A stretch of 64,000 nt of DNA, from NCBI GenBank assembly GCA_900299345.1, contig OMJM01000031.1:14788-78787 (forward strand), written 5' to 3'. The stretch's first letter is position 1. Every line of letters begins with the position of its first letter. The stretch comes from a bacterium (lineage in GTDB: Bacteria; Fibrobacterota; Fibrobacteria; UBA11236). Below are positions 35,441 to 45,482 of the stretch, piece after piece. The notes beneath the pieces were generated by a model. The model did no database searches, was not told the DNA's origin, and saw nothing but the letters and a program-made list of their open reading frames with translations. Position numbers and translations under genes: made by a program.

Positions 35441-35881
35441 ATGCAAACAACTTTGGTCATCATCAAGCCCAACGGTGTGCAAGGCGGCATCATCGGTGAA
35501 ATTATTGCGCGTTACGAGAAGGCACGGCTTTCCATTGCCGCACTGAGAATACGAAACATCACCCGCGAGGAAGCCGATGGGTTTTACGCCGAGCATCGCG
35601 GCAAGGGTTTCTTCACGGAACTGGTCGATTTCATGACCTCAGGTCCGGTCGTGTTGCTCGCATTGCGCGGAGAGAAAGCCGTGGAAGCCGTGCGCCAGAT
35701 GAATGGCGCGACCAACCCCAAAAACGCACAGCCCGGCACCATCCGCTTCGACTTTGCTCCGAGCATGGGAGAAAACGTGGTGCACTCCTCGGATTCCCCC
35801 GAAAGCGCTGCGCGCGAAGTGGCGTACTGGTTCAAGGACAGCGAACTGGTGAATTACCCCGCTGCTTCTCACCTCCTGTAA
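35441..35881 (+). CDS. ndk: nucleoside-diphosphate kinase
   Basis: TLVIIKPNGV, NVVHSSDS (NxxHxSDS active-site His) motifs; 146 aa. Confidence 0.95.
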   Translation: MQTTLVIIKPNGVQGGIIGEIIARYEKARLSIAALRIRNITREEADGFYAEHRGKGFFTELVDFMTSGPVVLLALRGEKAVEAVRQMNGATNPKNAQPGTIRFDFAPSMGENVVHSSDSPESAAREVAYWFKDSELVNYPAASHLL

Positions 35882-35900
35882 TCTTTGAGGCGAAACCGCC

Positions 35901-36413
35901 ATGCTCCTCTCCTACCAAGGCCATCATCCCATCCTTGGCAGCGGAGTGTTTGTGGCGCACAATGCCGATCTGATCGGCCGCGTGACTCTCGGCGAAGACG
36001 CATCGATCTTCTTCCAATGCGTGTTGCGCGCCGACATCAACGCCATCGAAATCGGCGCCCGTACGAACATCCAGGATCACACCGTGGTTCACCTGGCAAG
36101 CGATATCCCGACTCTGGTTGGGGCGGACGTGAGCGTGGGACACCGCTGCATCCTGCATGCCTGCACAGTCGCGGATCGCGTGCTGGTGGGCATGGGGAGC
36201 ATCCTCATGGACAACGTCACCGTTGGAGAAGATTCCATCATCGGTGCAGGAAGCCTCCTACCCCGGGGAAAATCCTATCCACCAGGCTCGTTGATCGTCG
36301 GCAGCCCCGCCCGCGTGGTGCGGTCGTTGACTGATGAGGAAAAATCCGGCATTCTCGCACTGGCGAAGAAATACGTGGGCGTGAAGAATACCTATCTACA
36401 GTCCGCAGGATGA
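35901..36413 (+). CDS. gamma-carbonic-anhydrase-family / hexapeptide-repeat protein (YrdA/PaaY-like)
   Basis: Left-handed beta-helix hexapeptide repeats (IGARTNIQDHTVVH..VGADVSVGHRCILH..), typical 170-aa length. Confidence 0.85.
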   Translation: MLLSYQGHHPILGSGVFVAHNADLIGRVTLGEDASIFFQCVLRADINAIEIGARTNIQDHTVVHLASDIPTLVGADVSVGHRCILHACTVADRVLVGMGSILMDNVTVGEDSIIGAGSLLPRGKSYPPGSLIVGSPARVVRSLTDEEKSGILALAKKYVGVKNTYLQSAG

Positions 36414-37021
36414 AACGGCGCCTCGTTGCCATCGCGGCCAACCTGGCCTTTCTGGTTTTCATTGTTCTCGTTTCCGGCTGGATCATCAGCACCTACATGG
36501 AAGTAAAGGCGGTACCTGAAACCTTTGCGTCTCCAGACTCCATTCCCGTCATCGAAGCCGTGGTGGTACCAGGCGCCAGTGTTTACCGTTCTGGAAAACT
36601 TTCACCCGTGTTATTGCAGCGGATGGATGCCGCATTGGATCTGGCACGACGCCGACCCGGAGTCAAATTGGTGCTCTCAGGTCACGCCGTTCCGAAGGGA
36701 TACAGCGAAACTTCGGCGATGAGAGATCACGCGGTGGGAAAGGGATTCCCGCCACGAGACATCCTCATCGACGAAAATGGGCGAAGCACGTTTCTGACAT
36801 TGCTCAATTGCAAGAAAAAATTCGGGTTGCTCCGCGTGGCCATCGTCACTCAAGATTATCACCTCCCGCGCGCCCTCTATATCGCGCGACGACTGAAAAT
36901 GCGAGGATACGGACTGTCTCTCGCGACCCCTGAGAACGGCGGCTGGCTCGATCGGGAATGGTTCAGCCGTCTCAAAGATTTCATTCTGGTTCGTATCTTC
37001 AAGTTCTTCCACGCCAACTGA
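36410..37021 (+). CDS. SanA/YdcF-family (DUF218) membrane-anchored protein
   Basis: N-terminal TM then DUF218-like core (..EAVVVPGASVY..LVLSGH..VTQDYHLPRALYIA..); ATGA overlap with upstream gene. Confidence 0.7.
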   Translation: MKRRLVAIAANLAFLVFIVLVSGWIISTYMEVKAVPETFASPDSIPVIEAVVVPGASVYRSGKLSPVLLQRMDAALDLARRRPGVKLVLSGHAVPKGYSETSAMRDHAVGKGFPPRDILIDENGRSTFLTLLNCKKKFGLLRVAIVTQDYHLPRALYIARRLKMRGYGLSLATPENGGWLDREWFSRLKDFILVRIFKFFHAN

Positions 37022-37027
37022 GGTTCC

Positions 37028-37999
37028 ATGCTTGAACTGGCATTCCTCATCAATCCCATTTCCGGCGGCGGAGTGGGGAAACAGGTCTACCAAAGGCTGG
37101 GAGAAATCCTGGACAGTTTTGGCATGGATCGTGCGGCGTGGACGGCAGAACTCACCGATGTGCAACGCCTCTCGGAACAGACCGAGGAATTGCTGCTTCG
37201 GTCACAGACCTTGATTGCGGTGGGTGGCGACGGCACCATCGGCATGGTGTTGGACTGTGTGAGACGTTTGCGCCCCGCGACCGCCATCGGACTTATCCCG
37301 TTGGGAACCGGAAACGATCTTGGGCGGGCTTTGGGAATCTATCGCGTCTACAACGCAAAGGGATTGATCGCCTGCCTCAAACAATTGCTCAAAGCGCCCA
37401 GCCAACCTTTTGATTTGTGGGACGTCGGTGGAAAGGCGACACTCGTATCCTACCTCAGCGCCGGTCTCGACGCGGCGGTGCTCCGCGATTTCGATCGGGC
37501 CCGCAAAAAAGGAAGCATCCCGGGTGGCGCATTTGGCAACAAGCTTTATTACGCCCGCGCATTTTTCAGGCGTATGAACTACCAGTTACCGATCGGTTCC
37601 CGCGTGCGCATCGAAACTTCCGAAGGCTGGATGGAGCTTCCTTTGGAGGAACGCAGAGTGTTTCTGGCGGCCAATATCAACTCTTATGCGGCAGGAGCGC
37701 ACCCCTTTGCCGGTGGAAACTTTGATGATGGGGTGCTTGAAATCGCCGTATTCGCCTCCATCTGGAAATACGCCTTCGTCACACTCGGAGCGCGGGGATT
37801 TCCATTCCTAGGAAAGTGGATGCGCCGCAAATTACGGCGATATCACGCCAAAAACGTGGTTCTCTCGCTCCCTCCTGAGACCCCACTTCAGATTGACGGT
37901 GAGGATTTCACCGCCAAGACGGAATCTCCATTGACCGTATCCTTTGCCGCGCACGTGCGCCTGCTGGATTTGCGCTCCTCCTTCTACGCCCTTTTTTGA
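37028..37999 (+). CDS. diacylglycerol/lipid kinase catalytic-domain protein (DAGK_cat, YegS/BmrU-like)
   Basis: INPISGGG, LIAVGGDGT and LIPLGTGNDLGRALG motifs. Confidence 0.8.
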   Translation: MLELAFLINPISGGGVGKQVYQRLGEILDSFGMDRAAWTAELTDVQRLSEQTEELLLRSQTLIAVGGDGTIGMVLDCVRRLRPATAIGLIPLGTGNDLGRALGIYRVYNAKGLIACLKQLLKAPSQPFDLWDVGGKATLVSYLSAGLDAAVLRDFDRARKKGSIPGGAFGNKLYYARAFFRRMNYQLPIGSRVRIETSEGWMELPLEERRVFLAANINSYAAGAHPFAGGNFDDGVLEIAVFASIWKYAFVTLGARGFPFLGKWMRRKLRRYHAKNVVLSLPPETPLQIDGEDFTAKTESPLTVSFAAHVRLLDLRSSFYALF

Positions 38000-38028
38000 A
38001 TACGGGGGGTGTACATTTACCCACTCTT

Positions 38029-39054
38029 ATGAAACGTTTTCCCACACTCGCGTTCGCTGTACTTACACTCGGAATCTCCGCAGGATTCTCCGCTCCAGAC
38101 ACCCCCAAACCCAGTGATGCGGTGATTCAGGTGGGCAAGCAAATGATTCGGAAGGGGCAAATTGACAGCATCGTCGCCCTCCTCGAAAAGGCCCAGAGCG
38201 TATACGGAGAAATCACGGCATCAAAACGCGAGGAGATGCGGAAGCTCGTCTCTTCGAACCTCATCGGCCAAGAACTGCTGGAGCAGGAAGCGAAAGCCTT
38301 GCACGTCCAAGCCACCCCCGCCGAAGTGGATTCCGCCCTGAAACTTTTCAAAAAAAATTTTCCGGACGAAGCGAGTTTCAAAAAAACATTGAAAGACGCC
38401 GGAGACAACGAAACCAAGGTTAAAGTGAAATTATCACGGCAGATCCGCGCCGACAAGGTTCTGGCGACGCGTATCAAAAAACCCGAAATGCCTTCTGACA
38501 AGGAAATGAAAGATTTCTGGGACGAGCACAAAAAAGATTTTCCGATTAATGATTCTTTGCGTGCCCTACAAATCCTGCTCCTCACCGACGCCAAGACCCC
38601 GAAGGATGAGACCGACAAAAAATCGAAGACTTTGGAAATGGTGCGCAGTGAGATTCTCAAAGACAGCGCAAGGCCATCCGCCATGCTTCAGCGTTTCATG
38701 GCGGCGGCAGCCCAGATCGGCGAAGGCCCCGAAGCAAAAACCGGGGGCGACTTACAGCGTTTTCTTCCTTCGGACTTTAACGCAGAATTCCGCAAACAAT
38801 TGCAAACCCTCCGCGTGGGACAGCTTTCCCCTGTTTTCAAAACGCCGCTGGGCCTGCACCTTGTACTGCTGATTGAGAAATATGATGGGAAATACGACAG
38901 CTACAAACTGCAGGTTATCCAGAACTTGGTGAAGCAAAAGGCCATGATGGCAGGTGGTGAAATGCGACAGTTCCTGAAGGGCCTTGCCGCAAAGTACCCC
39001 GTCAAATACCTCAAACAGGGGTATCAAGACAGCTCAGAAGGCGGAATTTACTGA
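38029..39054 (+). CDS. secreted SurA/PrsA-like peptidyl-prolyl isomerase (parvulin-type)
   Basis: Signal peptide MKRFPTLAFAVLTLGISAGFSA; SurA-N-like helical region; parvulin core ..VGQLSPVFKTPLGLHLVLLIEK.. Confidence 0.7.
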   Translation: MKRFPTLAFAVLTLGISAGFSAPDTPKPSDAVIQVGKQMIRKGQIDSIVALLEKAQSVYGEITASKREEMRKLVSSNLIGQELLEQEAKALHVQATPAEVDSALKLFKKNFPDEASFKKTLKDAGDNETKVKVKLSRQIRADKVLATRIKKPEMPSDKEMKDFWDEHKKDFPINDSLRALQILLLTDAKTPKDETDKKSKTLEMVRSEILKDSARPSAMLQRFMAAAAQIGEGPEAKTGGDLQRFLPSDFNAEFRKQLQTLRVGQLSPVFKTPLGLHLVLLIEKYDGKYDSYKLQVIQNLVKQKAMMAGGEMRQFLKGLAAKYPVKYLKQGYQDSSEGGIY

Positions 39055-39137
39055 GAAATCCCGTTTTTCGCCTTTAAATTCAGCCCAGTCATTGGTACAT
39101 TTCTTCCGCTTTTTTCAACCCCAAGGGTGAGTTTATC

Positions 39138-39584
39138 ATGTATTCGGTCATTGCTTTCGGTGGATTCCAACACAAAGTCGTTCCCGGAGAACGCGTCAAG
39201 GTTTCAAAAATCGAGGCCGCCGTCGGCGACGTGGTCACGGTTTCTGATGTTCTCCTCTTCGCAAACGGAGATACCGTCAAAGTCGGGACTCCCAAGGTAT
39301 CCGAGGCTTTGGTCAAACTCGAAGTTTTGCAACACGACCGCGATGACAAGGTCATCATCTTCAAGCGCAAGCGTCGCAAGCGTTACCGCCTGACCAAGGG
39401 TCATCGCCAGCATTTCACCGAGGTCTTGGTGCGTGAAATCAGCTGCGGCCCAGACAAGAAGTCCGTGGATGAAAAAACAGCCCAGCGTTCGCGCGTGCGT
39501 GCACAAGCCCTTCAGCGGCAGAAAATTCAAGTCAAGAAGCCGACCCGCCGTGAAAAGGTGGCGGCTCAGTCCACGGAGAAATAG
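39138..39584 (+). CDS. rplU: 50S ribosomal protein L21 (with basic C-terminal extension)
   Basis: [38 protein letters not shown] matches bL21; immediately followed by rpmA. Confidence 0.9.
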   Translation: MYSVIAFGGFQHKVVPGERVKVSKIEAAVGDVVTVSDVLLFANGDTVKVGTPKVSEALVKLEVLQHDRDDKVIIFKRKRRKRYRLTKGHRQHFTEVLVREISCGPDKKSVDEKTAQRSRVRAQALQRQKIQVKKPTRREKVAAQSTEK

Positions 39585-39586
39585 AC

Positions 39587-39841
39587 ATGGCTCACAAAAA
39601 AGGCCTTGGAAGTACACGCAACGGTCGGGACTCGAATCCCAAATATCTCGGCGTCAAGAAATTCGGCGGCGAGAATGTGATCGCCGGCAACATCATCGTT
39701 CGCCAACGTGGCACCCAGTGGCATCCTGGTTTGAATGTCGGCATGGGCCGCGATCACACCCTGTTTGCCCTGACCGACGGCGTGGTCCGTTTCGAGACGG
39801 GTAAAAGTCCTAAGGTCAGCATTCATCCCGCCACAGCCTGA
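39587..39841 (+). CDS. rpmA: 50S ribosomal protein L27
   Basis: [39 protein letters not shown] matches bL27. Confidence 0.95.
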   Translation: MAHKKGLGSTRNGRDSNPKYLGVKKFGGENVIAGNIIVRQRGTQWHPGLNVGMGRDHTLFALTDGVVRFETGKSPKVSIHPATA

Positions 39842-39858
39842 AAAGGCATCGGCTCCTG

Positions 39859-39882
39859 CGGTGGGTTACCTCCCGCCGTTTT
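39859..39882 (+). terminator. putative rho-independent terminator after rplU-rpmA
   Basis: 7-bp GC-rich stem CGGTGGG/CCCGCCG (one G-U) with 6-nt loop followed by TTTT. Confidence 0.4.
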
Positions 39883-39939
39883 CGTATATCATAGCGGTCC
39901 CATGTTTTTGGATGGGAATGGCTCGTTAACCGCATCCCT

Positions 39940-42528
39940 ATGAAGCGTTTCTGGCTTTTAGCGCTTTCCGGACTTTCTGTCCTGATTTTTTGGGGCTGTC
40001 CCACCTCGCCCAACACAAATAACTACGACTATCTGCGCTCGCCCATCACTTTCCGGGTCGACACACTGCCCGCTACGCATGCCTTCTGTTCGAGCTTGGA
40101 TACTCCTTTCCCAACGCCGGACAGTTGCCTGCACGCCAAGAAATACGCCCTCCGATGGGAGCGACCTGAGGATACGGCTGGATTTCTGGAATACAGGATT
40201 TATCTCGACACAACGCCTCCCAATGCAGGAAACAAATCGTGGAATGACGTCCGTCAAGACAGTTCGCTGGCCAGCGCCATCGTTCCCGGGTTGGGCGGCA
40301 CATTTGACAGCCTGATCTTTGTGTTCGGGAATACCAACTCTATGAAAAGCGCGCCCAGAAGCTCGAACCGAATCGTGTCTTTCGACACTACCGGGCGCAT
40401 CGATGGTCAAGGCAGACTCGTGTTCGCCATCGTGGCCGCGTATCAAGGACGTGCTGACGGGCCACCGCGGTATACGTGGGTCATCACCAACGATAAATTC
40501 GCCCCCTTTCCACTGCATCCTTTATACACACCGTACGACCATCGTGTGGAGATTAAATGGGCGCGACCGTTGGATCCCACCAGCTTTTTCAATCCGCTGG
40601 CCGATACCGGAATAATCCCTCACTATATCCTGCGAGTATTAAGGGGCGGAATCCTTAATGCCAGTACCTCCGCCCCCTTTCAGCCCATCGTGCATTTTGA
40701 AAATGGTGACAGCGATTGGTCGGATCGCGTACGAACGGATTCTTTCATGACTGAAAAAGGAGTGCCCGGACGCAGATACATCCTGCCAGACTCTCAACAC
40801 GTTTACAACTCAGCCGCCTATGACCCGCGTGACAGCCTCAAAGTCGTCTTGAGCGGCTTCATTCCGCAAGACACGTTGGATATCAGCTTGTGGGCCGTCG
40901 ATAATTCCGGGAACCTGACGCCCTCTGAAACCACACTGGTGAATCGTGTAATCCTCACCGACACCACGGAACCTGTCGCGCCTTTGCTCCGGTTATTGCA
41001 GGATAGCTTGTCCAGAAACCGCATCATTTACGGGTTCCAAGCAAGCCGAGATTTGGTTGAAAAAAACGGTTCAACCATTCCCGCAGACTCGCCCAACACA
41101 AACATCCGCGAATACAGGCTGACTCGCAAATTGATCTCCGGATCAGCAGGTGGTGTTCCCAGCAAGGATACGATCATTTCTGTGGACGCATCCAACCGGA
41201 AAGACACCCTATTCATAGATACTGTGCGATTTCTTCCACCGGGAGCGAACTACCGGATCTACGTGCAAGCAGTCGATTCAAGCGGGCATCTGTCCCAACG
41301 CGATTCGCTGGACGCCTCCACTGCGACAGTGGGCTTCCAAGGATCGGATTCCACCTGCCCCACAGGATTTGTCCCCATTCCTGGCGGGTCCTTTCTGCTC
41401 GGTGATACGGGGTCGATGGCGGACGCGGACGAAAAACAACCGAAGCAACGTTTCATCGGTTCCTTCTGCATCGAGAACTATGAACATCGCGACAGTGCGG
41501 GAAAATTCGAGACGCACGTGTCATGGCAGCAGGCCCAGGAGACCTGTGCGGAAATCTCTCCGGATGACAGCACGCATCTATGCACCGAAACTGAATGGGA
41601 ACGCGCCTGCGAAGGCCCGGATTCCCCACCCCTCCGCTTCGGCTTCCAGTCGGAAAATCCTGCCAATCCCAATGCCGTATTCAGCGTTTGCAATGTAGGC
41701 ACAGGCGATTCCGACATGGCCACGAATCAATCCCTGCGCAATCCCATCTGCCTGACCCGCGAAGGTGTATTCGACATGTCGGGAAATCTGGCGGAGTGGG
41801 TACTGGATCCTTATTCTTCCACCGCCTACAGCCAGACCAAGGATACTTTGATTCCCGGAGCACCTCTGGTCACCCAGACCCTCACCGGAACGCATGGATA
41901 TCGCGGAGGGTATTACCTGAATTCACATCAACCTTCCACCACGAAACTGAAGACGGCGCGTTGTTCCAACCGGGATTACCCGACACAAATCCGGCCCAAG
42001 TCCTACGCCGGATGTGTGGACTCAACCCAACCCTTGGTGGTGCTCCTCTACAACAACTCCCTGGCACCGCGCTGCCTGCCCATTCCAGACTCATTGCGCA
42101 ACAAGAAAATTGCCACTGTGTCTCCTTCACGGGACAGCACCAAAATCCTGTTCCTGGTGGAAGGCGTAACGCAACCTATCTCCTATACGCTTCCCTACAA
42201 TGCCGCATATAAATCCGGAAAGCCGCTCGACGCCAAACTCACTCCGCGAGCGCTGGCCGCTGTGGTGTTTGAGAACAGCCTGACGTCGGACATGCTGTCG
42301 GATACGCTTGATGCCACGGAAATGATCGATACCTCGCAATCCGCATTAACGGCAATCTTCAACCGTGAAATCGCCCCCCCTTGGTCCGTGCATCGCGAAA
42401 ACGGCCGCTACGCGATCAAATTCCTCTATGCATGGTCGACGCTCCATAATGTGCCCGCAGGCCGGCAATATTCCAATGCAGCCATCAGTTTCAGGTGTTG
42501 CAGCCGTCCCATCCCTCTGAGACCCTAA
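39940..42528 (+). CDS. large lipoprotein with C-terminal formylglycine-generating-enzyme (FGE/SUMF1)-like domain
   Basis: Lipobox LIFWGC; FGE-like blocks: GFVPIPGGSFLLGD, HVSWQQAQETCAE, TETEWERACEG, FDMSGNLAEWVLD, RGGYYLNS; N-terminal FN3/Ig-like regions. Confidence 0.65.
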   Translation: MKRFWLLALSGLSVLIFWGCPTSPNTNNYDYLRSPITFRVDTLPATHAFCSSLDTPFPTPDSCLHAKKYALRWERPEDTAGFLEYRIYLDTTPPNAGNKSWNDVRQDSSLASAIVPGLGGTFDSLIFVFGNTNSMKSAPRSSNRIVSFDTTGRIDGQGRLVFAIVAAYQGRADGPPRYTWVITNDKFAPFPLHPLYTPYDHRVEIKWARPLDPTSFFNPLADTGIIPHYILRVLRGGILNASTSAPFQPIVHFENGDSDWSDRVRTDSFMTEKGVPGRRYILPDSQHVYNSAAYDPRDSLKVVLSGFIPQDTLDISLWAVDNSGNLTPSETTLVNRVILTDTTEPVAPLLRLLQDSLSRNRIIYGFQASRDLVEKNGSTIPADSPNTNIREYRLTRKLISGSAGGVPSKDTIISVDASNRKDTLFIDTVRFLPPGANYRIYVQAVDSSGHLSQRDSLDASTATVGFQGSDSTCPTGFVPIPGGSFLLGDTGSMADADEKQPKQRFIGSFCIENYEHRDSAGKFETHVSWQQAQETCAEISPDDSTHLCTETEWERACEGPDSPPLRFGFQSENPANPNAVFSVCNVGTGDSDMATNQSLRNPICLTREGVFDMSGNLAEWVLDPYSSTAYSQTKDTLIPGAPLVTQTLTGTHGYRGGYYLNSHQPSTTKLKTARCSNRDYPTQIRPKSYAGCVDSTQPLVVLLYNNSLAPRCLPIPDSLRNKKIATVSPSRDSTKILFLVEGVTQPISYTLPYNAAYKSGKPLDAKLTPRALAAVVFENSLTSDMLSDTLDATEMIDTSQSALTAIFNREIAPPWSVHRENGRYAIKFLYAWSTLHNVPAGRQYSNAAISFRCCSRPIPLRP

Positions 42529-43643
42529 ACTTGCGCAACTTTCCAGATCTTGCGCGCCAGTGAACTGGTCAAAGAGCCTTCGATTTCCCCCATCGGTACC
42601 CATTGATGTGCTGAATTCCGGTTAGACGATATCTGCCTGGAACCCTGCAACACACGTATGACATAACGGTGATTCATGATGGAATGACGAATCACTTTCG
42701 TCTCTTTCAGTTTCTCCAAATCCTTGTCACGCTGAGCTTGTTCTTCCCCGAGATACAAGGGAAACATAAGGTGCCCCGCAAGGAAGGAACCTTGCGTACG
42801 CATTTCCATCAATACACGACCTCGATGCGCAATCACAACCGCCGCTCCATTGACGGCTTCTATGCGTGCACGTTGTTTGACGGGGGGCAGCAAATCCTGC
42901 CATTTATGTTTTCGCGCCCTGCAGTTCGAAGCGAACGGACACCGATGGCAGGATGGGTTTGCCGGAGTGCAAATCAGCGCTCCCAATTCCATGAGGCCTT
43001 CATTCACATCACCTGGATGTACACCCACTGCCCATGTACGGGCCAGATCCCAATAAAACTGATTTTGTTTCACGCCATCTTGCGGAATGAACCCCAACCC
43101 GAAAACACGGCTAAAGACCCGGATGACGTTTCCATCCACAATGGCTTCTGGGAGGTCTTGGGCCAACGAGGTAATGGCTCCCGCGGTGTACGGGCCAATG
43201 CCAGGCAATGCCTTCCACGCCTCCAAAGACACTGGATACCTGCCAGCTTTTACAATGGCTTGCGCCGCCCTCTGAAGATTCCGCGCGCGAGCATAGTATC
43301 CCAATCCGGCCCAAAAACGCAGAACCTCGGCTTCCGGTGCATTCGCGAGCTTGATGACATCTGGAAACCTTTCCATCCATTTTTCGAAGTAGGGAATCAC
43401 GGTGATCACCTGTGTCTGCTGCAACATGATCTCGGCGACCCATGCAGCATAGGGTGAACGTCGCAGACGCCTTCCCGGGGGGCGAAAAGAATCCACCGGC
43501 AAGGGAGGAACCCGCCATGGAAGCTCGCGCGCATGCTTGCGAAACCAACGCAGCAAGGACGGCCGCAATAATGGCATAAGCCGTCGCGCTTCGCGACTCA
43601 AGCGATGGCCTGTATCATCACGGAATTTCAACGGGATCATCAT
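42525..43643 (-). CDS. mutY: A/G-specific adenine DNA glycosylase
   Basis: HhH-GPD core (WAGLGYYARARNL, LPGIGPYTAGAI), [4Fe-4S] Cys cluster C..PANPSC..C..C, C-terminal NUDIX-like domain. Confidence 0.9.
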   Translation of the reverse strand: MMIPLKFRDDTGHRLSREARRLMPLLRPSLLRWFRKHARELPWRVPPLPVDSFRPPGRRLRRSPYAAWVAEIMLQQTQVITVIPYFEKWMERFPDVIKLANAPEAEVLRFWAGLGYYARARNLQRAAQAIVKAGRYPVSLEAWKALPGIGPYTAGAITSLAQDLPEAIVDGNVIRVFSRVFGLGFIPQDGVKQNQFYWDLARTWAVGVHPGDVNEGLMELGALICTPANPSCHRCPFASNCRARKHKWQDLLPPVKQRARIEAVNGAAVVIAHRGRVLMEMRTQGSFLAGHLMFPLYLGEEQAQRDKDLEKLKETKVIRHSIMNHRYVIRVLQGSRQISSNRNSAHQWVPMGEIEGSLTSSLARKIWKVAQV

Positions 43644-43706
43644 GACAAGATCAGGGAATCTATTATTGATCCATAAAGAAAGGAAACCCGTTTCCTGAAT
43701 CTGGTC

Positions 43707-44642
43707 ATGAAGTCATCCGTTTTCTCTCTTGCGCTTTTGCTGTTGAATGCGCTGATGTCATATGCGGACGGCGTCCGGCCTCTGCGTTTTGGCCCGTTCC
43801 TCCAGCAAAGTATCGCCTTTGAAGGCAGCCCCACGGGTTATGCCTATGTCCCACCCTCGGCCACCTACAATTTTCAGGCCGGGTGGATGGAACCCATTGG
43901 TTTTCTGCCCCGAGCCGTGTTTCACGGGGCCTACCTTGAAACCCAGGCTAATGCAACACTCTCGCCCTACCAATCCGATCTCGGGGTGATTATCAATTTC
44001 AAACCCATACGCTTTTTGGAAGGCGGCGTGGGTTACAATCGGTTGCTTTTCCCCTACACCTTGCTTGGATTTTCCTGGCCGGCCGGTGCGGGGAACGGAT
44101 GGGTTCCTTCTGTGGAACAATGGCGGACGACGCAAATTTCGAGCGGGCGAAAAAACGAAAGCGTCGGTGCAGACATTTTCACCTACCAGGCCAACTTTAC
44201 CATGGATGTGGGCAAAGTGCAGCTGCATGCAGGCGCTTTCAGGAGTCTTTGGGATGTGGACGTGCAGGATCGAGACGTTGTGCTGGAATACCGATCTGGA
44301 CTGTTGATTCAACGTCGGGACCGGATCAATTCGACCTACGCGCAGATGCTTTTGAAACTCGACCCCACCTCTGAATGGCTGGGGTTCAGGGCAAGTGGGT
44401 TTGAAATCCGCGATCAATACTGGTGGGTGACACATACTGGGTTGACTCAGAACATCGTGTCCGCAGTGTTGTCAGGCCTGCGGAGGGGACGCAACAACGA
44501 CCGGGCTTACCACGGTCTGGACATCCTGATCGGAGGTTGGACAGATCATCCCCAGTTCGAAGGCCACGAATGGTGGACACGACTTTACCTCAACCTGCGG
44601 TGGACTTGGAACATCCAGATCCTGCACCTGGGAGAGGATTAA
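43707..44642 (+). CDS. hypothetical secreted protein (possibly outer-membrane beta-rich)
   Basis: Signal peptide MKSSVFSLALLLLNALMSYA; Trp/Tyr/Gly-rich amphipathic strands; no family recognised. Confidence 0.4.
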   Translation: MKSSVFSLALLLLNALMSYADGVRPLRFGPFLQQSIAFEGSPTGYAYVPPSATYNFQAGWMEPIGFLPRAVFHGAYLETQANATLSPYQSDLGVIINFKPIRFLEGGVGYNRLLFPYTLLGFSWPAGAGNGWVPSVEQWRTTQISSGRKNESVGADIFTYQANFTMDVGKVQLHAGAFRSLWDVDVQDRDVVLEYRSGLLIQRRDRINSTYAQMLLKLDPTSEWLGFRASGFEIRDQYWWVTHTGLTQNIVSAVLSGLRRGRNNDRAYHGLDILIGGWTDHPQFEGHEWWTRLYLNLRWTWNIQILHLGED

Positions 44643-44645
44643 ACC

Positions 44646-45464
44646 TCAGTTAGCATTCGGGTCTTCCGAGCCTCCATCCGGGACTATTTCTCTTGGGGAG
44701 GCCTCCAACGTCATCTGTCTCGGAAGGCCACGCACAGGTACCCTCGTATTATCCAAATCCTTGGTACTAGAAGTCGCTTGGAACTCCCCGAGAGAAAGCC
44801 GGGCAGAAGACAGACTGTCGCTATCAAACACGTGAAACTCAACAGGCAAATAAGCCCCTCCACCTGTCTGACGATAGGTCGTAATCTCCAGCGATTTGAG
44901 CCTATTCCCACCGGGGCTGAAAAAAACCACACGGCGCAACAACACCGGCTTACGACGCAAAGAAACGTCAAGCGAACCATATCGCGAAACCGACTGTGGT
45001 TTGAGCTTCAACCTCATTTCGTAGGTGGAATCTGTATCTGGAAGCTTCTCACATGACTCGAATTCAAGCAGATAATCTGCCGGAAGCTTCATTAGATCCT
45101 CATAGGTCAACAGCGAGGCGAAGGCCGGCTTCTTTAGCGACCGCAACGGAATGCGATGTTGCCTTTTGCTGTTTGCGTCCGCCCACCATTGTTCCTGGCC
45201 GAAATTCCTGCTCCACCAGTCAAAAGCGTCGTCGCGACCCCTGAGGCGCATCTGCCGATCTCCGCTTAGATCGTCAAAGTTCAGGCGGCCCCGCAGAGAA
45301 TCCACACCATGTAAAAACGATTCACGAACAAACACGACATCCGCAGCGTAGCTTCCGCGGTACTGATTTTCAGAAGCCTGCTCCAGCAGTTTCAAAGTGG
45401 AATCCGTTTGAGACCGGGAAACGCCAAAACACAAGGCCAGAAAGGCGAAAAAATTTCGCGTCAT
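44646..45464 (-). CDS. hypothetical secreted protein (possibly LolA-like fold)
   Basis: Signal peptide MTRNFFAFLALCFGVS; no confident family assignment. Confidence 0.35.
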   Translation of the reverse strand: MTRNFFAFLALCFGVSRSQTDSTLKLLEQASENQYRGSYAADVVFVRESFLHGVDSLRGRLNFDDLSGDRQMRLRGRDDAFDWWSRNFGQEQWWADANSKRQHRIPLRSLKKPAFASLLTYEDLMKLPADYLLEFESCEKLPDTDSTYEMRLKLKPQSVSRYGSLDVSLRRKPVLLRRVVFFSPGGNRLKSLEITTYRQTGGGAYLPVEFHVFDSDSLSSARLSLGEFQATSSTKDLDNTRVPVRGLPRQMTLEASPREIVPDGGSEDPNAN

Positions 45465-45482
45465 TTCAAAGTGCCAAGATAG

